Below, piece after piece: positions 46,831 through 60,679 of a DNA stretch of 64,000 bases. The position numbers were made by a program, and so were the translations under genes. This DNA comes from Ranitomeya imitator. Taxonomy: Eukaryota. The notes below the pieces were generated by a model, which had not been told where the DNA came from, did not search any database, and saw only the letters and a list, made by a program, of their open reading frames with translations. Position 1 is the stretch's first letter. Every line of letters begins with the position of its first letter. The stretch lies in assembly GCF_032444005.1 (NCBI RefSeq), contig NC_091285.1:482360001-482424000 (forward strand), in the 5' to 3' direction.

Positions 46831-48139
46831 TTTTGCATACCCTCAGAAACGGGTCTGAAACTAGCGAATCCACACAGTGCATGCGCTGGGGGATTCATAA
46901 GTCACTAAAACAGAGCGACTGCAGACTTATCGGTTTTGACCGGACAACCCCCTTAATTATCCATTTTCATCATATTGAAAAACACATTATTGGGTACAAA
47001 CTTTTCCGTTTTCAAAGTCCATAGCACAGCACATTCTGATGTCCGCTATTCGCTCTCGCTGAGCTATCCCTTTACTCACTGGCATCCCTGGCACCGGGGA
47101 TACTCCGACTCTGCAGCGTCGATGAGTCCCGACCCAACACCCTTATGTGATTCCTTATCCTGCTTCTTTTCCTGGGAAGATATTGCCCAGTCTGCTCCCC
47201 CCACTTCCAGCATCAGCCCTGACTGTAACCTGGAGTGTAGGGCTTATATTTCAAGCATACTCCAAAAATTCTAGAAAACCATGCTAGGGATAATTTTCAG
47301 GGCAGATCTTATTTTTGAGGAAACACGGTAGTAACTGCAGACAGACTGCAGCATTGCCAGAACACTAAATTATACAACTCCATTTATTGCTTGCAATAGT
47401 GTTATCCAGATATCAGCAACAAGCCTTACTATGTGTTACATTAGATATTAGAACATTCCAGCGTTCTTGATTAATAGTAAATGTTCTGGAACATCTGCTG
47501 GAACAAAGAAAAAAACTAAAAGAAAATATCTCCAGTAATAAAATTGCTGATATTTACTGGCCACAAGGAGGAATATGAACATGTAGAAACTGCAAAAGCT
47601 CCAGAGAAACTCCAGAGAGTGTAAACTAAGGGAATCAGGATGCAGGAAGCAGCACATCCTGACAGATCTCCTCCTAAAGGCAGCCATTAATATAAATCAA
47701 CACTAGCAATTTGGTTTGATCATTTATTTGCAGGAATCATTAAGGTTTATTAGCATAATTATTCCCTGTGGGGATTTGTCACTTAAGTGAAAAATGGTGT
47801 TATCAATATATTAAGGATATGTGTGTTATGCTCAGAGAGCGCTCCAGAGTCCTCTGCGGGTTGTGTCCAGCTGGAGGAAATGACAGGAGATAGGGGGCAT
47901 TTCAGTTAAATGTTAAAACATTTTTTTTTGTTTTAATTTGCTGATATTTTAGGCTTAGAATAATTTTGGATCAATTATTGAAAGCTGGTTTTATGGATAA
48001 TAGACATGAGCACATTTTATTCTCCATCATGTTGATACACTGCTCAGTGAGTATGGGACAAGAATACTTCGAGAAGCTAAGCTATTCAGCCAGACTTGGT
48101 CAACAGTGTCTCTTTATAAGGCTGGGGCTACTGCAACAT

Positions 48140-50210
48140 TACAGCATAATGCAGGTGGTGGGGGTATCATTGTGACCACAGCATAATGCAGGTGACGGGG
48201 GTATCATTGTGACCACAGCACAATGCAGATGACGGGGGTATCATTGTGACCACAGCATAATGCAGGTGACGGGTGTATCATTGTGACCACAGCATAATGC
48301 AGATGACGGGGGTATCATTGTGACCACAGCATAATGCAGGTGACGGGGGTATCATTGTGACCACAGCATAATGCAGGTGACGGGGGTATCATTGTGACCA
48401 CAGCACAATGCAGATGGCGGTGGTATCATTGTGACCACAGCATAATGCAGGTGACGGGGGCATCATTGTGACCACAGCATAATGCAGGTGACGGGGGTAT
48501 CATTGTGACCACAGCATAATGCAGGTGACGGGGGTATCGTGACCACAGCATAATGCAGGTGACGGGGGTATCATTGTGACCACAGCATAATGCAGGTGAC
48601 GGGGGTATCATTGTGACCACAGCATAATGCAGGTGACGGGGGTATCATTGTGACCACAGCACAATGCAGGTGACGGGGGTATCATTGTGACCACAGCATA
48701 ATGCAGGTGACGGGGGTATCATTGTGACCACAGCATAATGCAGGTGACGGGGGTATCATTGTGACCACAGCACAATGCAGGTGACGGGGGTATCATTGTG
48801 ACCACAGCACAATGCAGGTGACGGGGGTATCATTGTGACCACAGCATAATGCAGGTGACGGGGGTATCATTGTGACCACAGCATAATGCAGGTGACGGGG
48901 GTATCATTGTGACCACAGCATAATGCAGGTGACGGGGGTATCATTGTGACCACAGCACAATGCAGGTGGCGGGGGTATCATTGTGACCACAGCACAATGC
49001 AGGTGACGGGGGTATCATTGTGACCACAGCACAATGCAGGTGGCGGTGGTATCATTGTGACCACAGCATAATGCAGGTGACGGGGGTATCATTGTGACCA
49101 CAGCATAATGCAGGTGACGGGGGTATCATTGTGACCACAGCATAATGCAGGTGACGGGGGTATCATTGTGACCACAGCATAATGCAGGTGACGGGGGTAT
49201 CATTGTGACCACAGCACAATGCAGGTGGCGGTGGTATCATTGTGACCACAGCACAATGCAGGTGACGGGGGTATCATTGTGACCACAGCATAATGCAGGT
49301 GACGGGGGTATCATTGTGACCACAGCACAATGCAGGTGACGGGGGTATCATTGTGACCACAGCACAATGCAGGTGGCGGTGGTATCATTGTGACCACAGC
49401 ACAATGCAGGTGACGGGGGTATCATTGTGACCACAGCATAATGCAGGTGACGGGGGTATCATTGTGACCACAGCATAATGCAGGTGACGGGGGTATCATT
49501 GTGACCACAGCACAATGCAGGTGGCGGTGGTATCATTGTGACCACAGCATAATGCAGGTGACGGGGGTATCATTGTGACCACAGCACAATGCAGGTGGCG
49601 GTGGTATCATTGTGACCACAGCATAATGCAGGTGACGGGGGTATCATTGTGACCACAGCACAATGCAGGTGGCGGTGGTATCATTGTGACCACAGCATAA
49701 TGCAGGTGACGGGGGTATCATTGTGACCACAGCACAATGCAGGTGGCGGTGGTATCATTGTGACCACAGCACAATGCAGGTGACGGGGGTATCATTGTGA
49801 CCACAGCATAATGCAGGTGACGGGGGTATCATTGTGACCACAGCACAATGCAGGTGGCGGTGGTATCATTGTGACCACAGCATAATGCAGGTGACGGGGG
49901 TATCATTGTGACCACAGCACAATGCAGGTGGCGGTGGTATCATTGTGACCACAGCATAATGCAGGTGACGGGGGTATCATTGTGACCACAGCACAATGCA
50001 GGTGGCGGGGGTATCATTGTGACCACAGCATAATGCAGGTGACGGGGGTATCATTGTGACCACAGCACAATGCAGGTGGCGGGGGTATCATTGTGACCAC
50101 AGCATAATGCAGGTGATGGGGGTATCATTGTGACCACAGCATAATGCAGGTGACGGGGGTATCATTGTGAACACAGTATAAAGCAGGTGAAAGGGGTATC
50201 ATTGTGACCC
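48140..50210. repeat. 37-bp minisatellite (CAGCATAATGCAGGTGACGGGGGTATCATTGTGACCA), about 56 copies
   Basis: Exact 37-bp period; flanked by inverted AGGCTGGGGCTA (48119) / TAGCCCCAGCCT (50432). Confidence 0.96.
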
Positions 50211-51066
50211 ACAAAGTACCATGACAAGCAAGTTGCAATAAGTGTGAACCAGCTGGGCTATTTGCTAATCATTGTGGTGATGGTAGCATGGATGGGGGTG
50301 GTGGCTGGGATGGGAAGGGGGTCACAATGCTATTTCACTCCCTTGCAGTATCCTATGGAGAAGCAGCAGAATTCAGTGGTCTTTGGTGGAGTAATCTGTG
50401 TTGATGCCAAATTTGCCGTATAGCCCCAGCCTAATATTGAATACAATTTAAATTAAGGACAAGCAACATCTGGCAATTAGACTGATGCCATGCAGATCAA
50501 CGTATTTGGGAGGCCTCTGGATGCTTTCCAGAGGCTATAAAAAATACATACCGGGTTATTTCCTGATTCTGTACGTATTGCGGCATCTTGTGTTTAACGT
50601 GAGCCTCTAGAGAAAAACACAGAGCATGTATACCACTATGCAATTGTATGTGGACTTCACCTATGCGTATATTAGCTCTTAAATATTATCTTGCCGGCCC
50701 CCTGAACTGTAGCTGGCATTTTAAGAAATATGGCTACGGGGACATTTACATTGCAAGATATTCTTTGTTAAAAATGCAAGTTTCTTGATTATCTTTGTAA
50801 AAGGAGAGGGTTTTCCTCCCCAATTTACTAAACTTATAGTTACCAAAAGGGGGAACTCTCCCTACACCTCTATTGAGGTCCGATATCAACTATTAACGAC
50901 AAAATTGACTACTAATAATTAATATCCACTTAATACCAAAACGTTATCTTTACCTTATGCCATATACTAACTGAGACAAAACAGTGTAAAAATAAAGGGT
51001 ATTTATTACACACACACACAAGTCTACAGACTATAACATACATATATATTTATACCCAAGCTGGCG

Positions 51067-51110
<44 letters not shown>

Positions 51111-51113
<3 letters not shown>

Positions 51114-51948
51114 GGTGCGGTGACCCACGTTACAGCCAGGGGGCGCTGTGTGTGCACTTCAGGATGCACTTGGAGGCATAGTTGTGATGAGACAAAGTCC
51201 AGCAGAATTGTAGATGGCCAGTATGTGTGTCGCAGAGGAGGTCACTCTGTGCTGTCAGTCTACAGTTATGTTGTGGTCTGGGACCTGTAGTCCCAGATGT
51301 AAATGTGTAAGTTCTAATGGGAGATTGTCAGGGCTAGTTATGTGAGATGGGCGGGACAAACTAGCCACACACATCCACACTCCCACCCAGGGGAGTGTCA
51401 CATGTTCCTGTGTTTGGATCTGAATGGTCCAAGTGCAAGGCCCTGGAAGCCTGTGTTGGAAATCCTGGGAATTCCTGAATAGCACATGGTTGGGCTTTGG
51501 CACTGAGTAGCCTGTGTGCTGTAGGTCCTGGTCGGTCAGTGTTGGAGGCTCCTGGGAGTGGAGTCGTCCTGGAAGCACTGTGAGACCATCGACCTGGATG
51601 GTCCTGTTGTGGACCTTGGACTGGCGTGGAGTCAACCTGTGGAGCAGGAGCTCCTAAGAGGTAACCCCTGGTATGGTGAAAAGAACTGTGTGCGCTAAGA
51701 TAGGACAGTTGCTGAACTGTGCAGTCACCCGGTGACTGGAGAGATACCAGTGTGACCACTGAAGGATTTGTAAAGCCATATATGATGAACTAAAGGACTA
51801 TGTGAGGTCTGTGATATGTAACATGGCCTACAGTGCTGAGAGTATAATAAACCACATGGACTGTCTATCTGAAAAAACCGTGCCTGTCTATGATTATTCT
51901 GCTGCTAAGCGAGTGTCCCCCAAGACACGTAGTGGGTGAAACACTACA
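51111..51948. mobile_element. Solo LTR inserted in a TA/TACA microsatellite
   Basis: TGTGGTG...CACTACA termini, internal AATAAA near 51846, flanks ATAT / ATAC. Confidence 0.75.
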
Positions 51949-52422
51949 ATACATACATACATACACAACACAGAGCAAGGAATGGAGTATAGATATCACC
52001 AACACGTAAATTCAATAAAAGTAATTTTATTAAACATGTAGACTGGCTCTTACATGAGTCCAAGGGCATCAGTAGTAATGGAACTTCTGTTCACATATGA
52101 GTATGTGCTCTGCCAAGTCCTATTAATGGAGCGGTGATCCTCTTTTTGAGTGTTCAGCTGTTGTTTTTTTCTTTGTGTCTTTTATACTTTAATGTTATAT
52201 GTCATTACAATTGCATGTTTAATAAAATTACTTTTATTGAATTTACGTGTTGGTGATATCTATACTCTATTCCTTGCTCTGTGTTGAAAGTATTTTGGAG
52301 TATGTCACCTGGCAATATGCCATTTTGATATGGAGGAAAGGTCTTGATATTTTTGAAACCTTTGGCCCTAATAAATATGAAGTGCTGGATTTTATTTGTT
52401 TGTATACATACACACACACACA

Positions 52423-52989
52423 CCGTATTTTCTGATGTATAAGACAACTGGGCGTATAAGACGACCCCCAACTTTTCCATATAAAATATGGAATTTGGGA
52501 TATACCCGCCGTATAAGACTGGGGTCATCTTATACGCCCAGGCATCTTATACGGCGTGTGGTTCCCAGGGTCTGGAGGAGAGGATATTCTCCTTCAGGCT
52601 CTGGTATCTATTTCATGTAAAAAATAAAGAATAAAAAAATATGGATATACTCACCCCTCTGACGGACCCTGGCTCTCAGCGCTGCTATCGTCTGCCTCTG
52701 TTCCTAAGAATGCAGTGAGTGAAGGACCTTCGATGACGTCGCGGTCACGTGAGCGGTCAGGTAGCGCTGAGAGCCATGGTCCATCAGAGGGGTGAGTATA
52801 TCCATATTTTTTATTTTTATTCTTTATTTTTTACATGAGTATGGGTCCCAGGGCCTGAAGGAGAGTCTCCTCTCCTTCAGACCCTGGGATCATCCAGGAT
52901 CGCTCCGTGCACACGCCGTATAAGACGCCCCCGACTTTTGGGACAATTTTTTAGGGTTAAAAAGTCGTCTTATACGCCGGAAAATACGG
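52423..52989. mobile_element. Tc1/pogo-type MITE
   Basis: TIR CCGTATTTTC...TATAAGAC / GTCTTATACGCCGGAAAATACGG followed by TA; palindromic interior. Confidence 0.8.
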
Positions 52990-54195
52990 TATATATACAT
53001 ACAAATATACAGATATCACAACTCTGATATGGAAATATCACTACAGTATACAGTGATATCCCAACAGTATCACACAGTAACAACCCACAATAACCAGTAA
53101 TATAACAATATCACACAATATAAAACCCTGCAATTAACTGTCCGATTACCCAAATCACACATACAATATCAGCAATCCCACCTATGGCTAGCTAACTCTA
53201 ATACCTAAGAGGTTACAGGGCCTAGTAAGAAAAGGGGATACAGAGTACTTATCCACCATGTGGGTCCATGATATTCCCAGCAAGCCAGAGAGCAAAAGAG
53301 GCAGAGCACAAGTGTTTTGAGCCTTTTATGAGACCAGCTAAAAGAGGTGTGTCCAGCCCTGGTGTGTGAGATGAGTTCACGGTCTATTGTCCACTAAGAT
53401 ACACCCCCTCAGTCCTAAATGAAACTTTTTTTTTCCAGCTCATGGCATCTTTGTTTTACAGCAGGCTGGAAGGGGGGGGGGGGCTTTGCTCCATGTGGTA
53501 TACATGTGGGGGATATACCCAAAACATGCACTAAACACATCTCTATGTAAAGATGTACATTTTGGGTGCACTTCTCTTCTACAATCTTGCTTGTGGATGA
53601 TTACATACCGCTCAGTGTGCATCATGTACTTTGTGTTAACAGGCTATTAAACGATCGCCAATTGGTAAAAGCTTACTGATGGGTGGTTGTATCGTGCCAC
53701 CGATCGATCTATGTAAACGGACCTTACGAGTAGAGGAGGCGAGTTGAGGATCGGATTGAAATGGGAGGGTAAAGGCCACATATCACCAATTTGCTCACAA
53801 AAAGCAATGTTTTAATCAACTATTATTAGAAATGTTTCTACATTGTAAATTATTGTATGTAGTTGCAATAATAAGATGCGGGCACGGCCTGCTAAGAAAT
53901 GGGTCAGATTGGGTAATCACATGTCATCACCCTGAGAAATATTGGATTTTCAAGCAAACATGTTTTAACGTGGGATGTGGTTTGGCCATGCATGTGAGCG
54001 GTCACGCACCAGGAAAGCTCCAGGAACAGAGGCCTGTATGGGACTCCCCTGGGCCCCTACGAATCTGTACTTTGGCTACAAGAGCTGCTGAATATCCCCT
54101 GCATATCCTGACACCCGTTGGCAATGTGATTATGGCCGGAGGTGCAGGTAAAAAGCTCCAGGAAGCAGCTCACACAACGGGAAGAGAAATCAAAG

Positions 54196-56130
54196 ATGGC
54201 ACCAAAGTGCCTTCGGCAACTACCAGGGTAGAAAAAACAATGACAGCTACTGCGGAGGTGAAGTCATCTAGCTTTGCTAGGATAATAGAGACCCCTCAAC
54301 ACCTAAAGGGAATACAGGTAATATGATGAACATGGTCCTGAGGTTCTCCCTGCCTCACAACCCCAAGCTGGAGCTGCCTCTGTTGCTAACAGCCCAGAAC
54401 AGTGGGAGAATGAGCCTTCATTGAAAGATGTATTTGTTGCGGTAACTGCAGCTGTGCTATATCCTCAATTAACACCCAGATGAATTTGCTGAAGGATGAA
54501 TTTCCCTATATGCGGCAAGGTCTGCAAAAAGTTTCTGAACGTATTACAGCAGCAGAGGGGAGAATCAGTGACCTGGAGGATAAAATACTCCATAGAGAAC
54601 GGGACTCACACAGACATTATCAACAAATCTCATCTTTAAGGTTCAAAGTGGAAGATTTGGAGAAGAGGCTCAGGAGAAACAATATAAGGATAGTGGGAAT
54701 TCCGGAGAAAACTGAAATAACCCTACAGAGCACTATGAAAAGTAGGTTCGCACATTATTTTGTGCTGAATCCTTGACCCCGCTTTACAATGTAGAGAGAG
54801 CACATAGGGTACCTACCAGGCCACTACCACCAGGGGCCCCTTCATGTCCAGTTCTCATTAAGCTGCTCCATTATCAAGACAGAAAACACCATCCTCAGAG
54901 CTGCCCGCACTAAAGGGAGATTTCTCCATCAATGGTCATAATTTTTTTTTCCAAATTACTCCATTGAAATCTCAAAATGGAGAGCACAATTCCTAGACAC
55001 AAAGCGTTCTTTACGAAATTTGCAAATTTACTATTCTTTGCTATACCAAGCAGCACAGTGGCTGCTTTAAGAGAGACCTGTTTCTTTTCCTGCGCTCCCA
55101 GCGCCTTGCAGCCTCCTCCTCTTACAGATCCGGTGTGCTTATGTACAAATGGACTCTGGCATCTTGCGAGTGTGCCTGTTGCAGGCGGGCGCATGACAGT
55201 GACGTCACTGTCACTTGCGATGGGTGCATGCACACAAGTCAGCTGGCTGCCTTTGAATGGTCGGTGGCCTATTGCGAAGAGGCAATACATTTAAACTGAA
55301 TGTGCGTCCGAGCACATGCGTCCATGCGAACCTCCTCTGCATCCTGCTTGAGGGCCTATCAAAGACCCGGGGTCCACCGGAGAATTCTCTGGTGTCCTGG
55401 TAAGCCAGTCCGACCCTGATTTCAAGTCTCATGAAGCGCTATGACGCATTGATTTGGCCATGGGCTTGGAACATATCCTTCCTCCTACCTCGAGTCTTAT
55501 CAGACCTTTTGCCTCTTCTGACATCCTTATGTATTTTACCTAGACCAATAACATCTTTCATTTGATGGGCTTTTAATCCTTTTTGGCTCCAAATCATAGA
55601 TGACAATCTGCTGTCATCCACTCTCAAATATTATTTTCAGGAAAACTCAGTTTCGCCTAACTTTACGTGGGGTGTTTGAAGGCGTGCTAAAGAGGGGCAT
55701 TAATACAGGCTATTAGTAGGTCTAAAACCAATGCGAGACAGTTCGAGGAATTCCTCCAAGATCGTGTTAAAACTGTGAAGGAACGGTTCATTTTAACAAG
55801 AGCAGTGGGGAATTTGAGGAGTTGGAAGGATGCACAGAAGACATTCAATCTGCATGTGAGTGAAAAAGCAAAAAATAAAAGCATGCTTTCTCAGCAACAG
55901 TTTTTTTTGTGGAGGGGCAAAAAGTGGGGCACATGCTAAGAGTGATTGCAAATGCTCAAGTGGGGTCCTCCTTTATAGGAGCCTTAAGGTATAAAGAGGC
56001 TATGAAAGTAAATATGACCAGATACAAAACATTTATTAAGAATAGATCCAAGCTTTTTGAAAAAGAACAGATTTGGGCGTATTTGGCTGAGATTGATCTC
56101 TCCAGATTGTCAGAGGCTGACCGCAATTAC
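54196..56130 (+). mobile_element. Degenerate L1-clade LINE (ORF1 and ORF2 remnants), interrupted
   Basis: ORF1 coiled coil and RRNNIRIVGIPE (54480-54776), ERAHRVP; ORF2-like EGQKVGHML near 55910; a hAT right-end fragment at about 55350-55418 and a T2 fragment from 56136. Confidence 0.8.
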
Positions 56131-57651
56131 TTTAAAGGGAACCTGTCACCTGAATTTGGCGGGACCGGTTTTCGGTCATATGGGCGGAGTTTTCAGGTGT
56201 TTGATTCACCCTTTCCTTACCCGCTGGCTGCATGCTGGCCGCAATATTGGATTGAAGTTCATTCTCTGTCCTCTGTAGTACATGCCTGCGCAAGGCAAAA
56301 AATACACAACATTTACACTACATGTGAACAAGGTCTAAATGTTGAAGCAACGTGGATATGATGTCATGAAATCTCAGCCCCCTGTAGTCTAAATACACTA
56401 CTGAACTCTGCGATTTTGATGCATTTATTCTCTGTAGGCTTCTTCTGAAAAAAAAAAAATGTATGAAAAAAACGCTGTTACATTTTTAAGTGCAGAATCA
56501 AAGCTTTTCCATACTACTAAAAAATCATTTAAGACTCTGCTTCATATATTCATATCTGCACCAAAATTGCATCAAATAAGCAGGAAAATTCAACAGTTCA
56601 TATACAACAGTCATAACAAAGTTACAATAATGAAAAAGAGAATGACGATGACTGTTATGGTGGATGGATGCTGAGGCATCCATCCTATCTGTGAACACTG
56701 TTGGGCACATTCCTCCTGTGCGTATGCACCCGACAGAGGGCACAGATACAGTTGGATCAACCGTCAAGAGAATAGGTCACCCCCAAAATGGAAATTAAAC
56801 CCTTTATAAAATCATATAATTATACTTGTGGTAGAGATTTTAACTATTTTGATCTATGGAAAAAGTTTTATTACATATGTAAAAGGATCTTTGGTGCACC
56901 TGTGGACTGGCCAAGTGCTCGGTGCACCATTCCGTCCCATCCATTACCATCCTCTGCCCCTCCCCCTTTTGATGATTAACAGCGGTGCTTGTACTGAATC
57001 CTGTATGTACTCACTTGCAGGAGTGGAGAGATCAGTGTCCGAATGCGTGTGTTCTCCTCCCCTTCTCCTGTCAGCATTGGCCACCTGCTGTCCGGTCCTA
57101 TGTACCACAAATGGTCACTGCAGACAAGACAAGGGGATCAGTGGGCACCCGCTGACATTGTGTGAGCTCTTGAAATGTCTGTAGGTGCAAAGCAGAGGAA
57201 TCGCTAAAGGCAAGGCTCCCTGGAGCGCTGTCAATTTTCACAAGGAGAGGGGCAGAAGATAATAATTGAGGGGGCAGAACAGGGTCCCAAGTACTGGTCC
57301 ACTCCAAGAATGCACTGAAGCCCTTCATGTATACGAGTGTAATAGAACTATTTTGACATTAAACAAAGCAAGTAGAATCTGTATCACAATATAATTTCTA
57401 AAGGGGCCATGCTCCCTATATAAGTGTATAAATGGTTCAATTTAATTTGTGGGGGTGACATATTTCCCTTAATGATTTCAGAGTTCTCTAGCAGCACTGA
57501 ATGTGAAAGCAGCCTCCATAGTCACATTGGTAGCAGTAACCAGTATTTTTAACCCCGCACACCCACTAAGAAACTCTTGTAAATACTTTTTTCACCAGTA
57601 ACATTTTTTTTTTTTTAGCCCTTATGTATTTCTATTCCACTTCTACTGATG

Positions 57652-58125
57652 TTATACTGTATTATGTTCATCTATCATAGGTTCAGCACATTTCTTCTGG
57701 TTTCTTTTAATTGGAATTGATTTGACGCCAAAGGACTGTTGGACCAAATGAGTCTTTTGGTGTCTTATCATGTTCTTTTTGAGCAAGAACTTTTTCCCAC
57801 ACTCATAGCAAGTGAAGTCCTTTACTCCCAGGTGAGTTTTCTGATGCTGCTCGAAGACTGAGCTCTCAGACATCCGTAGGCCACATTCCTTACAGGAAAA
57901 TCTCTTCTTCTCTCTGGTCGATTCTTGTAACAATTTCTTACTTTCTTTATGTCTGAATAAACGGGATTTATTAGCAGCGCACACTTTTTTCTTGTGCTTG
58001 CCACGAACATTTCCTTTGGCTACTAGTCTGGCAGATTTGTTTGGTTCATCATTCTTGGAAGAACGCGGTTCACTCCCAATATCCATCAATAAAAGGCTTG
58101 ATATTTCCGTGTGGACTGTGGTTAC
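57652..58125 (-). CDS. Terminal coding exon of a C2H2 zinc-finger gene (two fingers)
   Basis: Acceptor TTTTGTTTCTTAG at 58126-58138; open frame to TAA at 57652; CKECGLRMSESSVFEQHQKTH and CYECGKKFLLKKNMIRHQKTH; first ATG at 58086. Upstream coding exons were not identified. Confidence 0.8.
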   Translation of the reverse strand, partial: VTTVHTEISSLLLMDIGSEPRSSKNDEPNKSARLVAKGNVRGKHKKKVCAANKSRLFRHKESKKLLQESTREKKRFSCKECGLRMSESSVFEQHQKTHLGVKDFTCYECGKKFLLKKNMIRHQKTHLVQQSFGVKSIPIKRNQKKCAEPMIDEHNTV

Positions 58126-58427
58126 CTAAGAAACAAAACTGTAAAGACAACAGAAAAAAAGTCATTAAAATCTTTTCAAAAGCTTTAAACATTTCATTAT
58201 TGAAAATTGCCAGCTACATTTCATCAGATCCAGCCAATCACCATTGTTACTGGTGCTTAGAGATTCTCCTCCGCAGAGAAGGACCAAAAAAAAGAGACGG
58301 ATCAGGCAGAATTAATTTAACCAAACCAGGCAATTTTACGTTTTTGTTTTTTCTGCCCCTTCTTCTAAGAGCATATTTTTTTGTTGAAGTACAACTATGG
58401 ACGCAGTTTTGATAGAAGTAATTATAA

Positions 58428-58703
58428 GGGTGCATTCAGACGCCCATGCAAATCGGTCCGAGATCGGACTGCAAAGCACTGACTAGCCTCTGGTCTCTCG
58501 ACCTGAGCATACCAGCTTCATAGACATATATGAAGTTGTCACGTTCATTCACAGGTTTTTTTCTCTCCAACAAACTTATGTTCAGACCAATTTCCTATAT
58601 TCATGTTTTGCGGTGTGACTATGAAACATAATGCATGGACCGTCAAGTTCGGGTCAGGAGAACCCGTACTAAGAACGTGATACACAAATGTGTGAATCTG
58701 GTC
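58428..58703. mobile_element. Degenerate Harbinger-type MITE
   Basis: TAA-GGGTGCATTCAGAC...GTGTGAATCTGGTC-TTA. Confidence 0.5.
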
Positions 58704-59985
58704 TTAGCAACATAACTGACCCTTTTCCTAATCATTTTAATGTTCCATTAGGTTCAAAAGTCAAATTTTAAAATAAAGTTTGGTAATTTTTAAAAATGTT
58801 GCCATTGATTACTACTAACCTTGGTATTACCATATTAACCCCACCAGGTGGAACTCCCCCGCTATCAGATATTTGACCCAAGATACAAACAAATGTGATG
58901 TGATCGTCAAAAGACTGTTCCTATAAAGACGTGTTGTTAAATCCCCCATGAAACCGTAAAGCGTTCCAGCAATGCTCACTTGGCATCAGGAGGCAAGTGG
59001 CGCTGAGGACGTTCCATTGGTGGGTGGCTGCCAGGACTTGTGCATCATCGGCAGGTATAGTGTACCTGTGCTATTTATTATAATAGGTGGTTTATTAGGA
59101 ATACTAAAATGGCACCGACAGTAAGGTTCCTAGCTTCCAGAGTACCCTGCTATTGTGCTGGGTGATAGAAGGAACCCCCTTCTCTCTGTCTAACTACTCA
59201 GATTCTTCAGCCACTATTGACCATGGAGAATAATCATCCCCATCTGGTTGCTGATCTGCCAAGTGCACAGACAGCAGCCGGGAAATCACGATTACAAAAA
59301 CGTAGGTCATAAAGTAGGAACCAAAATCAGACCCTGATGTATATTGCGGTCATAGACAGTGAGCTGTTAAAAGGGTCTTTTAGAAAACTGGACCTCAACA
59401 GATAAGATTGTAATAAAAAAGAAAAAGCATTCATCCTCCCTTGGTCCTGCGTTACCTCCGGTTCCAGTGTTTTGGCTGCATGGGTGATGTCACACATACA
59501 AAGCAAATCACCGCTGCAGCCAAATACTGAGCTCGGCAGCTCATACCATAAACAACAGCAGAGATGCAGAGGTCAATAATTGGCGGCAGCGGAGATGTGG
59601 TCTGTACTTGTGACATCACCACCACAGAGGCAGGCCGCCAGTGCTAGATTGAAGGACGGCAAATACTCTTATTATAATTATTATATTTCTTATATTACAA
59701 TCTACCGTAATCAGTTTGGATCCAAATTTCTAAAAGTGGAGAACTCCTTAAAAGGCTTGATCCTGCTCACTTCTGTATGGGAAGGCGAGAAGGGCCGGTG
59801 ACGTTGGGTATACGGATACTTGGCAGGGCGCGATCAGGAGGCATTGTGCGCCTGCCTACTAGAATATGTGGTGCAGGTGAATGATGCCTGCTGATCCCAT
59901 CCTGGCAGGTATCAGTGACATACAAGGGGTGAGGGTGGCTCAGAGGCCTCATTACTTGTAGTGCAGGTTATGTGCAGTGCTCTTA

Positions 59986-60266
59986 GGCTACGTTCACATT
60001 TGCGCCGCTCCCGGCTGCGTCGGGCGCAGCAACGCACGCCCCTATATTTAACATGGGGGCGCATGGACATGCGTTGCATTTGCGTTTTGCGACGCATGCG
60101 TCGCTGCAGCGCATGCGTCAGGGAACGCAGCATGATGCAGTTTTTCCTGCGCCCAAAACCATGCAAAAAGCAACGCATGCGTCATAAAACGCAGCGTTTG
60201 TGCATGCGTTCATATTTGCGTTGTGTCGCCGATGCAGCGCCGCACAACGCAAATGTGAACGTAGCC
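59986..60266. mobile_element. PIF/Harbinger MITE
   Basis: TTA TSD; perfect 19-bp TIR GGCTACGTTCACATTTGCG. Confidence 0.92.
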
Positions 60267-60679
60267 TTACTGGAGCTTCAGGTTTACTGCACTTAGTCTG
60301 CTGCTTCCCCGCATACAGCTGCAGCACTTACCATGGGCTGAATTTCATTTCAAATTGAAAGCAGGCCTGGGTCCCTAACGTGGTCGACACCAACGGTGCC
60401 TGATCATAGGGTGCATTGTTTTACCGCCATTAACACTATTTATTTTTTGATAATTTACAAATTCTGTGCCAACAAAAAAGATGTGAACGGAGCGACCTGT
60501 GAATCCAGCATTGGGGGTCCGCCTATTAATAGATTTCCAGGCATGGAGGGGCACAGTGGGGGAGCAGACCTGTTAAAGTCATAGTCCTGAATACTATATT
60601 TTGGTGATACGCTTTTCACGTTTATTAACTGTAGATTTTATTTTTATTCTTAACAGTGCATTCCTGCTCCTCTTACTCC

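Noticed and set aside
48140-50210. CRISPR-like regular 37-bp repeats
   Set aside because: The units are head-to-tail with no unique spacers, there are no cas genes, and the context is vertebrate.
54910-55294. 105-126 aa ORFs at the L1/MITE junction
   Set aside because: Chimeric reading across degenerate L1 ORF1 and an inserted GC-rich repeat.
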